Assembly: GCA_041750285.1 (NCBI GenBank)
Contig: JBGSZS010000008.1
Span: 84,060-148,059, forward strand
Direction of reading: 5' to 3'
DNA: 64,000 bases
Origin: Candidatus Fermentibacteraceae bacterium
GTDB taxonomy: Bacteria > Fermentibacterota > Fermentibacteria > Fermentibacterales > JCC-6
A model generated the notes under the pieces. It made no database searches. It was not told where the DNA came from and saw nothing but the letters and a program-made list of their open reading frames with translations. Position numbers and translations under genes: made by a program. This document shows, piece by piece, positions 37,701 through 46,012 of the stretch (its first letter is position 1; every line of letters begins with the position of its first letter).

Positions 37701-37966
37701 CGGTCCCCTTCCAGCTTGTCCACATAACCGCCTCCGCCGGAAACGATCCCCGAAAAGGCCTGCATGATACCGGTCACGAGATGATGGACCAGCTCGAAAT
37801 CCAGCCTCTCCGCCAGAGCCGTGAAGCCGCTTATGTCAAGGAACAGAACGGCAACATCCCTTCTTTCTCCCGGATGAAGCCGTGGTCCCGAGCTGGCGGT
37901 GCCTGGCGAAATGCCCGTGATCCTGACAAGATCATCGGTGAGATTGTCAAGCAGCGATTGCCGCAC
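34736..37966 (-). CDS. Class III adenylate/guanylate cyclase - STAND/AAA_16 NTPase - TPR protein (paralog of 27834..30464)
   Basis: VAVLFLDISGFTAL...KLEGDRIMALFG cyclase signature, P-loop GEAGIGKSRLL, long TPR-rich C-terminus. Confidence 0.7.
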   Translation of the reverse strand: MRQSLLDNLTDDLVRITGISPGTASSGPRLHPGERRDVAVLFLDISGFTALAERLDFELVHHLVTGIMQAFSGIVSGGGGYVDKLEGDRIMALFGAEQAGDNDSVRAVDSALRMLRALDQVNEMLAGEGIKVEARAGVSCGQVIVAPDACGHLTATGDVVNVASRLADMAPLGSAAVSGRARDMCGEMFAWSDLGEMIIRGRSAPVHAHQPTGPGTVPLQRWERAARISGTPHLGREGELSLLRTIWEGLGPGSFAVVSVTGEAGIGKSRLLYEFAGELARSSEKPAVLTGRNLSFSQPPLGLWSTMLADAIAGDFLLGSQDRSPEALVERLVSNAETIRIDDLAGTLPFLRSLLSLDPGTQPFSGMSRDSRRKEMMISLRKIIEAASASREVLLLLEDIQWADAASREVLDFILGGLRPLRRVLVLLSYRSDGYADARPEHPHRIIRLEELEKKDGKLIIGHMLGCEVSREVGEAVLERSGGNPFFIEEMVLDLIESGRLVETGNGWEYHPHPAAPPAPASLGGIIRSRIDRLSGGLKSGLLLASVLGSEFTDDLFSRINVLPGNGIPPAECLKQLCGRGFLKPMDFCGEPGRRFAHLLIRDAAYDMLLFRNRTVLHRLAAQALEQDFAAGRSDMAVVIADHWDLAGDSGKAIEWGLRALEHCELHFLNEEGLVVTDRLLRLIKGQPGSSYRDNSLFEVMMAREKFLDLLGRREEQALLLRELEDAAGRAERRDWTVMVMGRLGRMQIHTGMLEQARETLSQAIIESAGLCDEEVHGGMLADMAALCIKQGRPLESVELSERALSLFRKCGDRNAECMAINSLGIANWNLERLPEALEFFRTANEVSRETRNRWYEGNTLLNIGVIHRCLGDIDQAGKFYRKALELTGETGNLQSEANAHANLGILALLEGRLEDAGKHYDSALVIYRKTGNRLLELQTLAKLGRLAARNGRFMEAESLFRQSLAIQEETGQTLDEVETLNSLAELLILTGRSEQADQVLRRSLEVSRASEDGIGEAGALCMLAGMELEAGNRDRASDLHLRAVSVCEGRNVGEELGLKMRGLADRLGIPGIPDD

Positions 37967-38091
37967 GTGTCCCCCCTGAGTGTTCGGGTCTGCGGCGACA
38001 ATACCCGCCGGCCGCCGGTATGGTCAATCCGGACTTTCCGTCGCCGGAACTTCATCCGCAGGTTATGTTCAACAGAGTGAAGGGAGGAAGC

Positions 38092-38646
38092 ATGATTGAT
38101 CCCGATCCAACCGATCCCCTCCTCGGGGGCAGGGTGCATGTCTACACGGGGAACGGGAAGGGTAAGACCACTGCGGCTCTGGGGCTTGCGTTGCGCTTCG
38201 CCTGCTCGGGCCGGAGGGTTTACATCGGCCAGTTCATGAAGGGAAGCGACTACTCAGAATTGTGCCTTCCCCTGCATTTCCCCGGGCTGGTCACAATGGA
38301 GCAGTATGGAACTCCCCGCCTGCTCTGTCAGGGCGAGACACCCTCGAAAGATGACATAGACAGGGCAAAGCAAGGCCTTCACCTGATCAGGGAAGCGGTA
38401 TCAGGGGGATCGTACGGGCTCGTTGTCGCCGATGAGCTCAACGTGACGGTTCACCTGGGGCTGCTTTCGGTCCATGATGCCCTCTGCGTTGTCAAGGAAA
38501 GGGCACAGGGAGTTGAGCTGGTCCTCACAGGAAGACATGCCCCGAAGGAGTTCATCGACGCCGCTGACCTGGTAACGGAGATGACCGAGATCAGGCACTA
38601 CTACAACACCGAGAAGCTTAAGGCCCGGAGGGGCATAGAATACTAG
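38092..38646 (+). CDS. cobO: Cob(I)yrinic acid a,c-diamide / cob(I)alamin adenosyltransferase (CobO/BtuR type)
   Basis: VHVYTGNGKGKTTAALGLALR P-loop and C-terminal ..RRGIEY typical of CobA/CobO/BtuR. Start placed at an internal Met of the track ORF. Confidence 0.7.
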   Translation: MIDPDPTDPLLGGRVHVYTGNGKGKTTAALGLALRFACSGRRVYIGQFMKGSDYSELCLPLHFPGLVTMEQYGTPRLLCQGETPSKDDIDRAKQGLHLIREAVSGGSYGLVVADELNVTVHLGLLSVHDALCVVKERAQGVELVLTGRHAPKEFIDAADLVTEMTEIRHYYNTEKLKARRGIEY

Positions 38647-38663
38647 GGAAAGGCAGAGCACTC

Positions 38664-39725
38664 ATGGTGTTGATTCTGTTCGCACTTGGGCTCAACCCCG
38701 AGCCGGTGCAGGTGGCGGAGGATGCGGTTTCCGTGGTTCCCCTCGACGGGACCACGGTGCTTGTCATCGACGGCGAGGGGGCCGGATACACCCTGAATCT
38801 CGGGACAGGGCAAAGAGACCCATGGAGTCCCTCATGGTCGCCCGGTGAGGACGGGTGGGAGGATGACGGATACGTCTTCGCCACCGACCTGAGCCCCGAC
38901 GGCAACCATCTGCTGATCCTGAAGGGGGTCTACACTCCCGACCGCTTCGGCTTTCCACGGGGATTCGACGGAATGAGGAGCGTCATACTGGTCATCCTGA
39001 GCAGACCTGACGGTTCGGACGCAACGCCTGTTGCGGTAAGCATTGCGGCGGGGGGCGGCCCCGATTTCGCATTCACGGCTGATTCACGATTCATCGTGGG
39101 CGGGCCGATGTTCGACTGCGAACCAACCCCCGGGGAATATTCGGCCCTGATCAGAAGCGATTCCGGAAGCTTCACGATGGAGCCGGTGAACAGGATAACG
39201 GTCTCCACCGGGGAACGAAGCCTGATCGCCGGCCTGGACATCGCAGACGGCTTCTGGAAGTGCCCGTACAGTGACTGGGCCAGGCTTGAGAACAACTGGT
39301 ACGCCGAACACACGTTCAGCAACATCGCAACTGGCGGAGTTGCAGGATTCTTCAGGGTACCGGGAGGCGAGGCCAGGGTACACGGCTGGGTGCTGGAAGA
39401 CGCACTTCTAATGACTGCTCAGAAGGGACAGGGGCTTCTCTACGTCGACGGTTCTTTCGTGCCCTGTCCTTCAGGCACCTGGGACGTTCTTTCATGGCTT
39501 CCCGACGGCCGGTTCATCTACGAGAGGAACGGAAGCGGAGACTTCCTGCTTGGAGAGGTTGACTGGGGGACTTTCACTGCGGGACCCTTCGCGGTGCCGG
39601 TGGATATTCCCGAAGACATCAGGCAGACGATCGTGAAGCCCATGCCGGGCGTGCCTTGTACCGGCGTCCTCTTTCACGACAGATGGGGCAGCGGCAATCT
39701 GTGGTTCCTGAGGACGGGAGAATGA
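38664..39725 (+). CDS. Hypothetical (probably exported) protein
   Basis: 353-aa ORF with a hydrophobic N-terminus. No recognised domain. First of three consecutive same-strand unknowns. Confidence 0.35.
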   Translation: MVLILFALGLNPEPVQVAEDAVSVVPLDGTTVLVIDGEGAGYTLNLGTGQRDPWSPSWSPGEDGWEDDGYVFATDLSPDGNHLLILKGVYTPDRFGFPRGFDGMRSVILVILSRPDGSDATPVAVSIAAGGGPDFAFTADSRFIVGGPMFDCEPTPGEYSALIRSDSGSFTMEPVNRITVSTGERSLIAGLDIADGFWKCPYSDWARLENNWYAEHTFSNIATGGVAGFFRVPGGEARVHGWVLEDALLMTAQKGQGLLYVDGSFVPCPSGTWDVLSWLPDGRFIYERNGSGDFLLGEVDWGTFTAGPFAVPVDIPEDIRQTIVKPMPGVPCTGVLFHDRWGSGNLWFLRTGE

Positions 39726-41002
39726 TGACACGCATTGGATGCTTCAGAGAGGTCGCGGCCGTCCTTCTGCTTGCATCCACAGCTGTGGGAAACGGTGGCC
39801 CTGTTGACATGTCGATGGTGGTCTCCACGGGGAATCTGCGTTTTCTGAACGTGCCGGGAGTGGAGCTTCTGTCAGAGGAACTGAACATTGCCATGGAAAG
39901 GGATCATGCTGTGGTGAGGGTCGTCTACAGGCTCGAAAACCACGGTGCGACAACCCGGATAACCTACGGGTTCCCGGTGGAGACCTTCGACCGGATGGAA
40001 TGGGAACCCGAGCGGGAAGACTTCTCCTCATTCCGTTTCACGGTGGACGGAGTAACGGTTGCACCCGGTCAGCCTGTGGCGGAGGACACCCTGACACTGG
40101 AGATCGAGGGCATGGAACAGTCCGGAAGGATGGTCCGCTCTTGGCGTTCCATCGAGCTTGATCTGGCCGGGAACGGGCAGACCGTGGTGGAAGTGGACTA
40201 CAGGGTCAGACCCTGTTTCATGGACTGGTCTTCCAACAAGTCCGCATTCGTCTCCTACTCCCACCGATACTTCCGCTACCTCCTGGATCCTTCCGGAAAC
40301 TGGGGAGACGGTACCGTGCAAAGCTTCCGGTGCACCCTGGATTTCAGGGAACTCCTCCGGAAGGGAGGGGAAGTGATCTCACTGCCCGGAGGGGGAGACT
40401 GGATCGAGCCCGGCCTGTACAGGATAGACAGGGAGGAGTTCGACCTGGCTTCGGCTCCGCCGATGGAACTGGTTTACGACGTGACGGCTTGGAAGTGGAC
40501 GGACTATGTCGTCGAACAAAGGTTTCCGGCCGACTCCCTTGAGGTTGTTTCCTCCAGCCCGTCGCTCCCTCCGTCCGGGGAAGTGTCGTACCGATTGGAG
40601 AACCTCTTCGACGGCCGTCCGGAAACAGCCTGGGCACTCTCGTTGGAGGAGAATCCCGAGCCCCGGTTGACGGTGGACCTCAGGGGGGAGATCCTGAGTT
40701 GCGTGGCCCTGATCCCGGGCTACGCCCGAAGCCGGGAAACCTGGACCGGCAACGCCCGTATCAGGTCGGCCACCGTGACTGTCTACTACTCGAACCAAGG
40801 TTACCCGCATGTCTATGAAAACGATGTTGAACTGCCGGATACGGACTTTCCTGAAGACATCCCAATGTCCCGGGCCATGCAGGTGCTGTTCAGTTCGGGC
40901 GAATACCTTCCGGTGGACTCGGTGACCGTTCGATTCACCGGGGTCTATCCCGGAGCAGTCTGGAACGATCTTTGCGTTTCGGAGTTGATCCTCACCAGAT
41001 GA
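39722..41002 (+). CDS. Hypothetical secreted protein
   Basis: Signal peptide MMTRIGCFREVAAVLLLASTAVG. Overlaps the previous stop. No recognised domain. Confidence 0.35.
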   Translation: MMTRIGCFREVAAVLLLASTAVGNGGPVDMSMVVSTGNLRFLNVPGVELLSEELNIAMERDHAVVRVVYRLENHGATTRITYGFPVETFDRMEWEPEREDFSSFRFTVDGVTVAPGQPVAEDTLTLEIEGMEQSGRMVRSWRSIELDLAGNGQTVVEVDYRVRPCFMDWSSNKSAFVSYSHRYFRYLLDPSGNWGDGTVQSFRCTLDFRELLRKGGEVISLPGGGDWIEPGLYRIDREEFDLASAPPMELVYDVTAWKWTDYVVEQRFPADSLEVVSSSPSLPPSGEVSYRLENLFDGRPETAWALSLEENPEPRLTVDLRGEILSCVALIPGYARSRETWTGNARIRSATVTVYYSNQGYPHVYENDVELPDTDFPEDIPMSRAMQVLFSSGEYLPVDSVTVRFTGVYPGAVWNDLCVSELILTR

Positions 41003-41874
41003 AGGCGGTTTCAGCGGTTCTGCTGATTGTTGTCGCTGTGCGTGGCAGTGTTCACTCCGTGGTTCTGCCCCCGCCGGCGGGAACCGAGGTCCTGGAAATC
41101 ACCTCCGGCGACACCCTTCTGGTTCTGTGCGCCGGATCGGTATGGGTCCTGACCCCCGTCCGCAGGGCCTATGACAACATGATCCCCGGAGGCAGACCCG
41201 CCGGGGTGGGAGTAGACTCCATTGCCTACCGGGTGGATGATCCCGGGCAGGAACGCACCCTGATTCCAAGTCCGGGGGTGTTCTACCTGGCCTCGGACCT
41301 GCCTGCAACCTTTCCGAACGACACCTTCTTTCTTGTGGAGCCCCCATATATCGCCTTCCCCGGAACAATCGTTCAGGTGGCCGTGAGAGCCGATGACACA
41401 TACATCGGCTACCTCATGGAGCTTATCAACACTCCCTTCGTAATGACCCCGAGGCTTACGCCTGAAGGCCGTCATCAGTCGGACGCCCGGCTTGGAACGG
41501 ATTGCGCCGGACTGGCTGTATACGGACGCAGAAGGATGGGACACCAGGTGCAGTATCTGGGGCCTTCGGGAATTGTCAGATACCTAGACGATCTCGGAAA
41601 CGGAATGCTCGCACCCCGGCTGGTGTCCGGGATCGAGCTGTACACGGACAGTTCCGGGGCGCCGATGCCGGTCGGGGAAGGAGGGCTGCTTCCCGGCGAC
41701 ATCCTGCACTTTCAGGTACAGGTATCGGTTTTTTACGGTGATTGCGGGAGTATCGGCCTGCTGGATCCCGATGATCTCGTGATACAGTCATGGTTCGACG
41801 GGCCGCACATCTGCACGATCCGGGATAACGGCTTCTTTCCCCGCCCCTTGAGTGTTCACCGCTGGAGGGAGTGA
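40999..41874 (+). CDS. Hypothetical secreted protein
   Basis: Signal peptide MKAVSAVLLIVVAVRG. Overlaps the previous stop. No recognised domain. Confidence 0.35.
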   Translation: MKAVSAVLLIVVAVRGSVHSVVLPPPAGTEVLEITSGDTLLVLCAGSVWVLTPVRRAYDNMIPGGRPAGVGVDSIAYRVDDPGQERTLIPSPGVFYLASDLPATFPNDTFFLVEPPYIAFPGTIVQVAVRADDTYIGYLMELINTPFVMTPRLTPEGRHQSDARLGTDCAGLAVYGRRRMGHQVQYLGPSGIVRYLDDLGNGMLAPRLVSGIELYTDSSGAPMPVGEGGLLPGDILHFQVQVSVFYGDCGSIGLLDPDDLVIQSWFDGPHICTIRDNGFFPRPLSVHRWRE

Positions 41875-42629
41875 CGACCGTTCTTCTTCGGTGAGATCGA
41901 CCTTATCCCGGTCATTCTCAGAAGCTCATCATCCGGGATGGTTCCGGCGGGGCACACCGCAAAACAGTTGTGGCAGTAGAAACCCCTGGCTTCCAGGGCC
42001 GCCCTCTTTGCCATGCAGGCTTCGCGGGACCACGATTCGGGGTATTCCTTCCCGGGGCTGAAGGCTCTGGCGGGACAGGCTTCGATGCAGAGAGAGCAGT
42101 CCCGGCAGGGATCGAAGCCCTCGAGGGGTTTGTCCGGCTCCATCTCCGCATCGGTCATGATCGCACCGAGGCACATCCTGTTCCCGAGAACCGGGTTTAT
42201 CAGAAGGCCCGATTTCCCGTAAACACCCAGCCCCGCCAGGTAACCGCTCAGCTTGCACTGGATAGCTCTCAGACTGAAGGCGTGCCCGCCCATTTCCAGA
42301 AACGCCATGGCCGCCAGGGCAACCGGCGCTGTCATCTGACGCGCAAGCCTGTTCATTGCGAAACGGTCCGAACAGAGCGTGGATGGAACGGGACCAAGGG
42401 GGCGCGGACCCTGGAAGGGGGCCAGCGGTCCGACGAATGTGTTGTTCGACCATGGAGTCATGGCCACGGCATAAACAACGATGGACCTGCAGGAAGGCCA
42501 TATCTCAAGCGGGCTGTAACCGTCAACGGCCTTGTCGTAGCCTTCCAGCGGCGAAGCGATGCCTGCGTCGAAGGCACCTGCGCTTCTCAGACGGTTCCTG
42601 AGCGCATCTTTCAATTCTCTCACCCTCAA
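41856..42629 (-). CDS. QueG-like 2x[4Fe-4S] protein (epoxyqueuosine-reductase family, short form)
   Basis: N-terminus (..SAGAFDAGIASPLEGY..) resembles the QueG/DUF1730 N-terminus. CRDCSLCIEACP and CHNCFAVCPAG ferredoxin-type motifs. Shorter than canonical QueG, so the function is uncertain. Confidence 0.45.
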   Translation of the reverse strand: MRVRELKDALRNRLRSAGAFDAGIASPLEGYDKAVDGYSPLEIWPSCRSIVVYAVAMTPWSNNTFVGPLAPFQGPRPLGPVPSTLCSDRFAMNRLARQMTAPVALAAMAFLEMGGHAFSLRAIQCKLSGYLAGLGVYGKSGLLINPVLGNRMCLGAIMTDAEMEPDKPLEGFDPCRDCSLCIEACPARAFSPGKEYPESWSREACMAKRAALEARGFYCHNCFAVCPAGTIPDDELLRMTGIRSISPKKNGRHSLQR

Positions 42630-43186
42630 TCGTATACGTATCCGCCGGTGTTCTCCTCAAGCCCGCATCCGAGGGCAAGGACAAGTCTGTTCACGAAGTT
42701 GAAATAGGCAACGACCTGCACTGCGTCCAGTATGCCGCGATCGCTGAGGCCGTGTTCCCTGAGCCTGCTCGTGAGCGCGCCGGCGTCACCGGGCATTTTG
42801 GTGATGTTTTGGGCCAGAACGCAGAGGTCGCTGTCGAGAGGGGTCAGGGCCGGTAGAACCGACATGTGGTCACGCGCCAGGGCGGCACACCTCTCGCCGT
42901 CCTTCCAGAAGTGGTTAAGCGCCTCGATGTGGTGGGCCACACAGTAAGCGCAGCCGTTGGCGGCGCTTGTCACCACACCCATCATCTCCCGCTGCGGCCG
43001 GGACAGGTCGGACCTGCCGAAAACCACCGAACGGTAGAGGTTCATGTGATTTTCGAGGGAATCGGGATCGAGGCTCTGAAGGGTGTGGACTGCGGCAATC
43101 CCGCCCCTTCCCGATGAGATTGCCCGGTAGACCTCGGCAAGCCTCCCCCCTGCATCCTTCGGGTCTATCGTGTTGATGTGCGGCAT
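42626..43186 (-). CDS. Carboxymuconolactone decarboxylase (CMD)/AhpD-like peroxidase-related protein with CxxC motif
   Basis: GVVTSAANGCAYCVAHH is the CMD/AhpD-family redox motif. About 186 aa. 4-nt overlap with the downstream Fe-S gene. Confidence 0.7.
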   Translation of the reverse strand: MPHINTIDPKDAGGRLAEVYRAISSGRGGIAAVHTLQSLDPDSLENHMNLYRSVVFGRSDLSRPQREMMGVVTSAANGCAYCVAHHIEALNHFWKDGERCAALARDHMSVLPALTPLDSDLCVLAQNITKMPGDAGALTSRLREHGLSDRGILDAVQVVAYFNFVNRLVLALGCGLEENTGGYVYD

Positions 43187-43208
43187 TTCGTCCCTTCAGG
43201 GCCCCGGC

Positions 43209-43751
43209 TCACTCCGTGATCAGCGTGACGACCGGCGTGTTCTCGGAGACCGAACCCCTTTCAGCAGTGAGATTCCCGCTCGAAAGGTACCTTCGGCCAG
43301 GCGCAGTCCATCCGAACACGTAAAGATAGCCTGACACGGATTCAAACCTCAACTCGAGAAGGATGTCACCCTCCTCATACTCCCAGGGCGTGTCGAAGGT
43401 GAAGGCCACCATGCCTTCCCCGTCAGCTGTGACCGTGAGCACTTCACTGCCGATGACACGGGTCGGGGATACCCTGTTCGCCTGGAATTCAGGACCGAGC
43501 TCGCTTCCGCCTGCCAGACCGATGAACACCGCAGCGTTGGTTATGGTTGCGCTGCGTGAACCTGAAGGGCTTCTGTGGAAAGCGAACCCGGTTATGGTTG
43601 CGGGACCCGGGATCTCTTCGGACGGCACCACCAACTGGCAGTGTATGGTCGACGAACCTCAACCGCCGCAGAGTGGTTCCGACAGCGGAAACTCCTTCTG
43701 TCCGGCAGTGAAGGTCCCTGCCAGAATGGCCATGCCTATGAGATGGTGCAT
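43209..43751 (-). CDS. Candidate secreted CxxU selenoprotein (in-frame TGA at 43659..43661); alternatively a 141-aa protein starting at TTG 43634
   Basis: ATG at 43751 with an AGGAGG Shine-Dalgarno 5 nt upstream encodes the signal peptide MHHLIGMAILAGTFTAGQ...PLCGG. It is followed in frame by TGA and then, in the same frame, by the 141-aa ORF of the track. A hairpin (cactgcc-aguu-gguggug) lies 15 nt downstream of the TGA. Confidence 0.3.
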
Positions 43752-43824
43752 TGCTCCTCCTGATCGGATCGGTTTTTCCCACGTGTGTCACGGGGTATAC
43801 ACCAGTGAAAGGGCATCCGTTCCA

Positions 43825-45240
43825 TCAGCCTCTGCCGGCTGGTTCAGTTACGGGAAGGGTGAGACACGGGGGCTCCTGCTCTACCAGGACCATTGTCCTC
43901 CATGGTCCCTTCCTGTAACGGAGGAAGTAGCCGAGGGCAAGAAGGGCGACGTAAAGCGTTGTAAAAAACCATAGGGTGACAACCGTCACCCCGGGGCTCC
44001 TGTAGAGAAGGAGGATGCCCGGTATCCAGAACAGCCACCCAAGGCATGATGCGAGGACCATCACGAACTTCGTGTCGCCGGCACCCCTCAGGGCGCCACC
44101 GAGCATCAGGCTCACTGCGTCGAAGCCTCCCCACAGGCAGAGTATTGCCAGAAGGGTTGTCCCGGTTGCCTTCAGCTGGTCAAAGGGTACTTCCGCCTCG
44201 GGGCTTCTGAAAAGGGTCATGTACATGCCCGGCAGGAGAAGGAACGTTGCCGCGATGAGAGAGAAGTACATAAGCGCGACAAGCAGGGTGCGCCTTGCAA
44301 CCCTTCCCGCCATGAGAGGGTTCCGTCCGCCCTGATAGCGGCCCACCAGGATCGTCGTCGTGATGCCGAACCCGAGCAGGGGGTGGAAGGCCAGGTTGTT
44401 CACTCCGAAGGCAATGTTGCTTGCCGTGAACTCGACCGGGGAGAACCTTCCGGTGAGGAAGACGAACACGGAGAAGCTTGCAACGTCCATGAAGACACTC
44501 GCGGCCGAAGGCAACCCGTACCTCAGGGTTTTCCTGATCTGGGGACCGTTGAGCCGGAAGTTGGGTCTTATGGGAAACTCACGGGAGACCTTTCCCCTCA
44601 GGGACAGTGAGATGAGAATGATGCCCGGGACGAATGAGCTTATCGCGGTGGCGAGCCCTGCTCCCCCGATCCCCATCTCGGGAAAGCCGAGGTTGCCGAA
44701 AATGAGAACCCAGTCCAGCAGGATGTTCATGGCGGCACCGGCCATCCCCGCCGCCATTGTGAAGGTTGTCCTGCCAAGGCCGCTCCAGAGGGAAGCCGCT
44801 CCCGCGTTGAGGGTTGCGCCGACGCCTGCCGCCATCATCCAGCGGAAGTAGGTGACCTCGAGGGCCAGGACATGGGGATCGTGGCCGCCAAGTGTCAGGA
44901 TCGACCTTCCGGGAATTGAGAGTGCCAGCAGCAGGGGCGACGAGAAAAGGGCAATGAAGACGCCCTGGGCGTAGGAAACGGCAACCCCCCTGTGGTTGCC
45001 TGCCCCGTGGTTCTGACTCACAAATGTCGAGGCGTAACCCGCCGCACCCTGAAAGAGGCAGATCAGCGTAAAGGCAAGGATCCCGGCTGGAAGCGCTGCC
45101 TGAAGCTCCCAAACGCTGTGTCTGGCAAGGAACATCCTGTCACAGAACATCATCACTGTCTGGGCAGCCATCCCGGCGATTACCGGGAACGCTACCCCGA
45201 GGATCTCACCGTAACTCCCCGGCCGGTGGCTGCGGGTCAT
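43825..45240 (-). CDS. MATE family efflux transporter
   Basis: 471 aa, 12 predicted TM helices, N-terminal ..ILGVAFPVIAGMAAQTVMMFCDRMFLARHS typical of NorM/MATE. Confidence 0.75.
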   Translation of the reverse strand: MTRSHRPGSYGEILGVAFPVIAGMAAQTVMMFCDRMFLARHSVWELQAALPAGILAFTLICLFQGAAGYASTFVSQNHGAGNHRGVAVSYAQGVFIALFSSPLLLALSIPGRSILTLGGHDPHVLALEVTYFRWMMAAGVGATLNAGAASLWSGLGRTTFTMAAGMAGAAMNILLDWVLIFGNLGFPEMGIGGAGLATAISSFVPGIILISLSLRGKVSREFPIRPNFRLNGPQIRKTLRYGLPSAASVFMDVASFSVFVFLTGRFSPVEFTASNIAFGVNNLAFHPLLGFGITTTILVGRYQGGRNPLMAGRVARRTLLVALMYFSLIAATFLLLPGMYMTLFRSPEAEVPFDQLKATGTTLLAILCLWGGFDAVSLMLGGALRGAGDTKFVMVLASCLGWLFWIPGILLLYRSPGVTVVTLWFFTTLYVALLALGYFLRYRKGPWRTMVLVEQEPPCLTLPVTEPAGRG

Positions 45241-45995
45241 GGCGCCGGAACCATGAAAACGCTGCCCGCGCTGTCGTCAGTCACCAGCATGTCACCGCAG
45301 GGCAGGAAGATCACGTCTTCTATGGAGCCGAGACCGGTGGCCACCTCGGATATTCCCCCGTCAGGCGACACGGCGATGAGGGATCCGAGTTCCTCGCTGA
45401 CAACGATCAGCGTCCTGTCGTCAGGATTGAAACGAAGCCCCTCGGCGGATGGGATACCGCCCGCGAACGGCAGCCAGACCCCCGTTCGCGGGCAGACCGC
45501 GATCACGCTCACGAGAAGTCCGGAGAGGGGAGTCTCGTTGCACGCGTAAAGGTTGCCGTCGGGACCCACCGTGAGCCCTGACAGCATGAATCCCCTGGGC
45601 AGGGTCACAATGGAATCCGGCCCCTGGGGTGTCCATCTGCAGATTCCCGTGGGCCCCCCCATCCTGGCCCATGTGTAGTACACATCGCCCTGAACGCTGA
45701 CTGCAACACCCTCGGGATTGGGGATCCTTCTTGAAAGCACGCCTTCCACTGAAGACACGAGCCTGCCACGGGGAGTGTCCTCAACCGCCACGATCCCCAG
45801 TTCAGGATGCCATGCGATGCCCTCGGGGCTGTCCAGGTCCATCATCGCCGTGAAGACGGTGCCGTCGGGCGTGACCCCCCTGACCGAGCCGGAAGCCTCC
45901 TCTGAGACGAATACGGTGCCGTCGGAAGCCATGGCCAGGCCGTCCGGACTTGAGAGTCCGCCAAGGAAGAGTTCGAAGGCAAGGGCATATTCCAT
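45237..45995 (-). CDS. SMP-30/gluconolactonase/LRE-like or NHL-type beta-propeller protein
   Basis: Repeated ..DG.(V/L)(F/Y)... blades (SDGTVFVSE, PDGTVFTAM, PDGNLYACN, PDDRTLIVV), typical of six-bladed propellers. Confidence 0.5.
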   Translation of the reverse strand: MEYALAFELFLGGLSSPDGLAMASDGTVFVSEEASGSVRGVTPDGTVFTAMMDLDSPEGIAWHPELGIVAVEDTPRGRLVSSVEGVLSRRIPNPEGVAVSVQGDVYYTWARMGGPTGICRWTPQGPDSIVTLPRGFMLSGLTVGPDGNLYACNETPLSGLLVSVIAVCPRTGVWLPFAGGIPSAEGLRFNPDDRTLIVVSEELGSLIAVSPDGGISEVATGLGSIEDVIFLPCGDMLVTDDSAGSVFMVPAP

Positions 45996-46012
45996 AAAAA
46001 CGTAGCAGAGGA

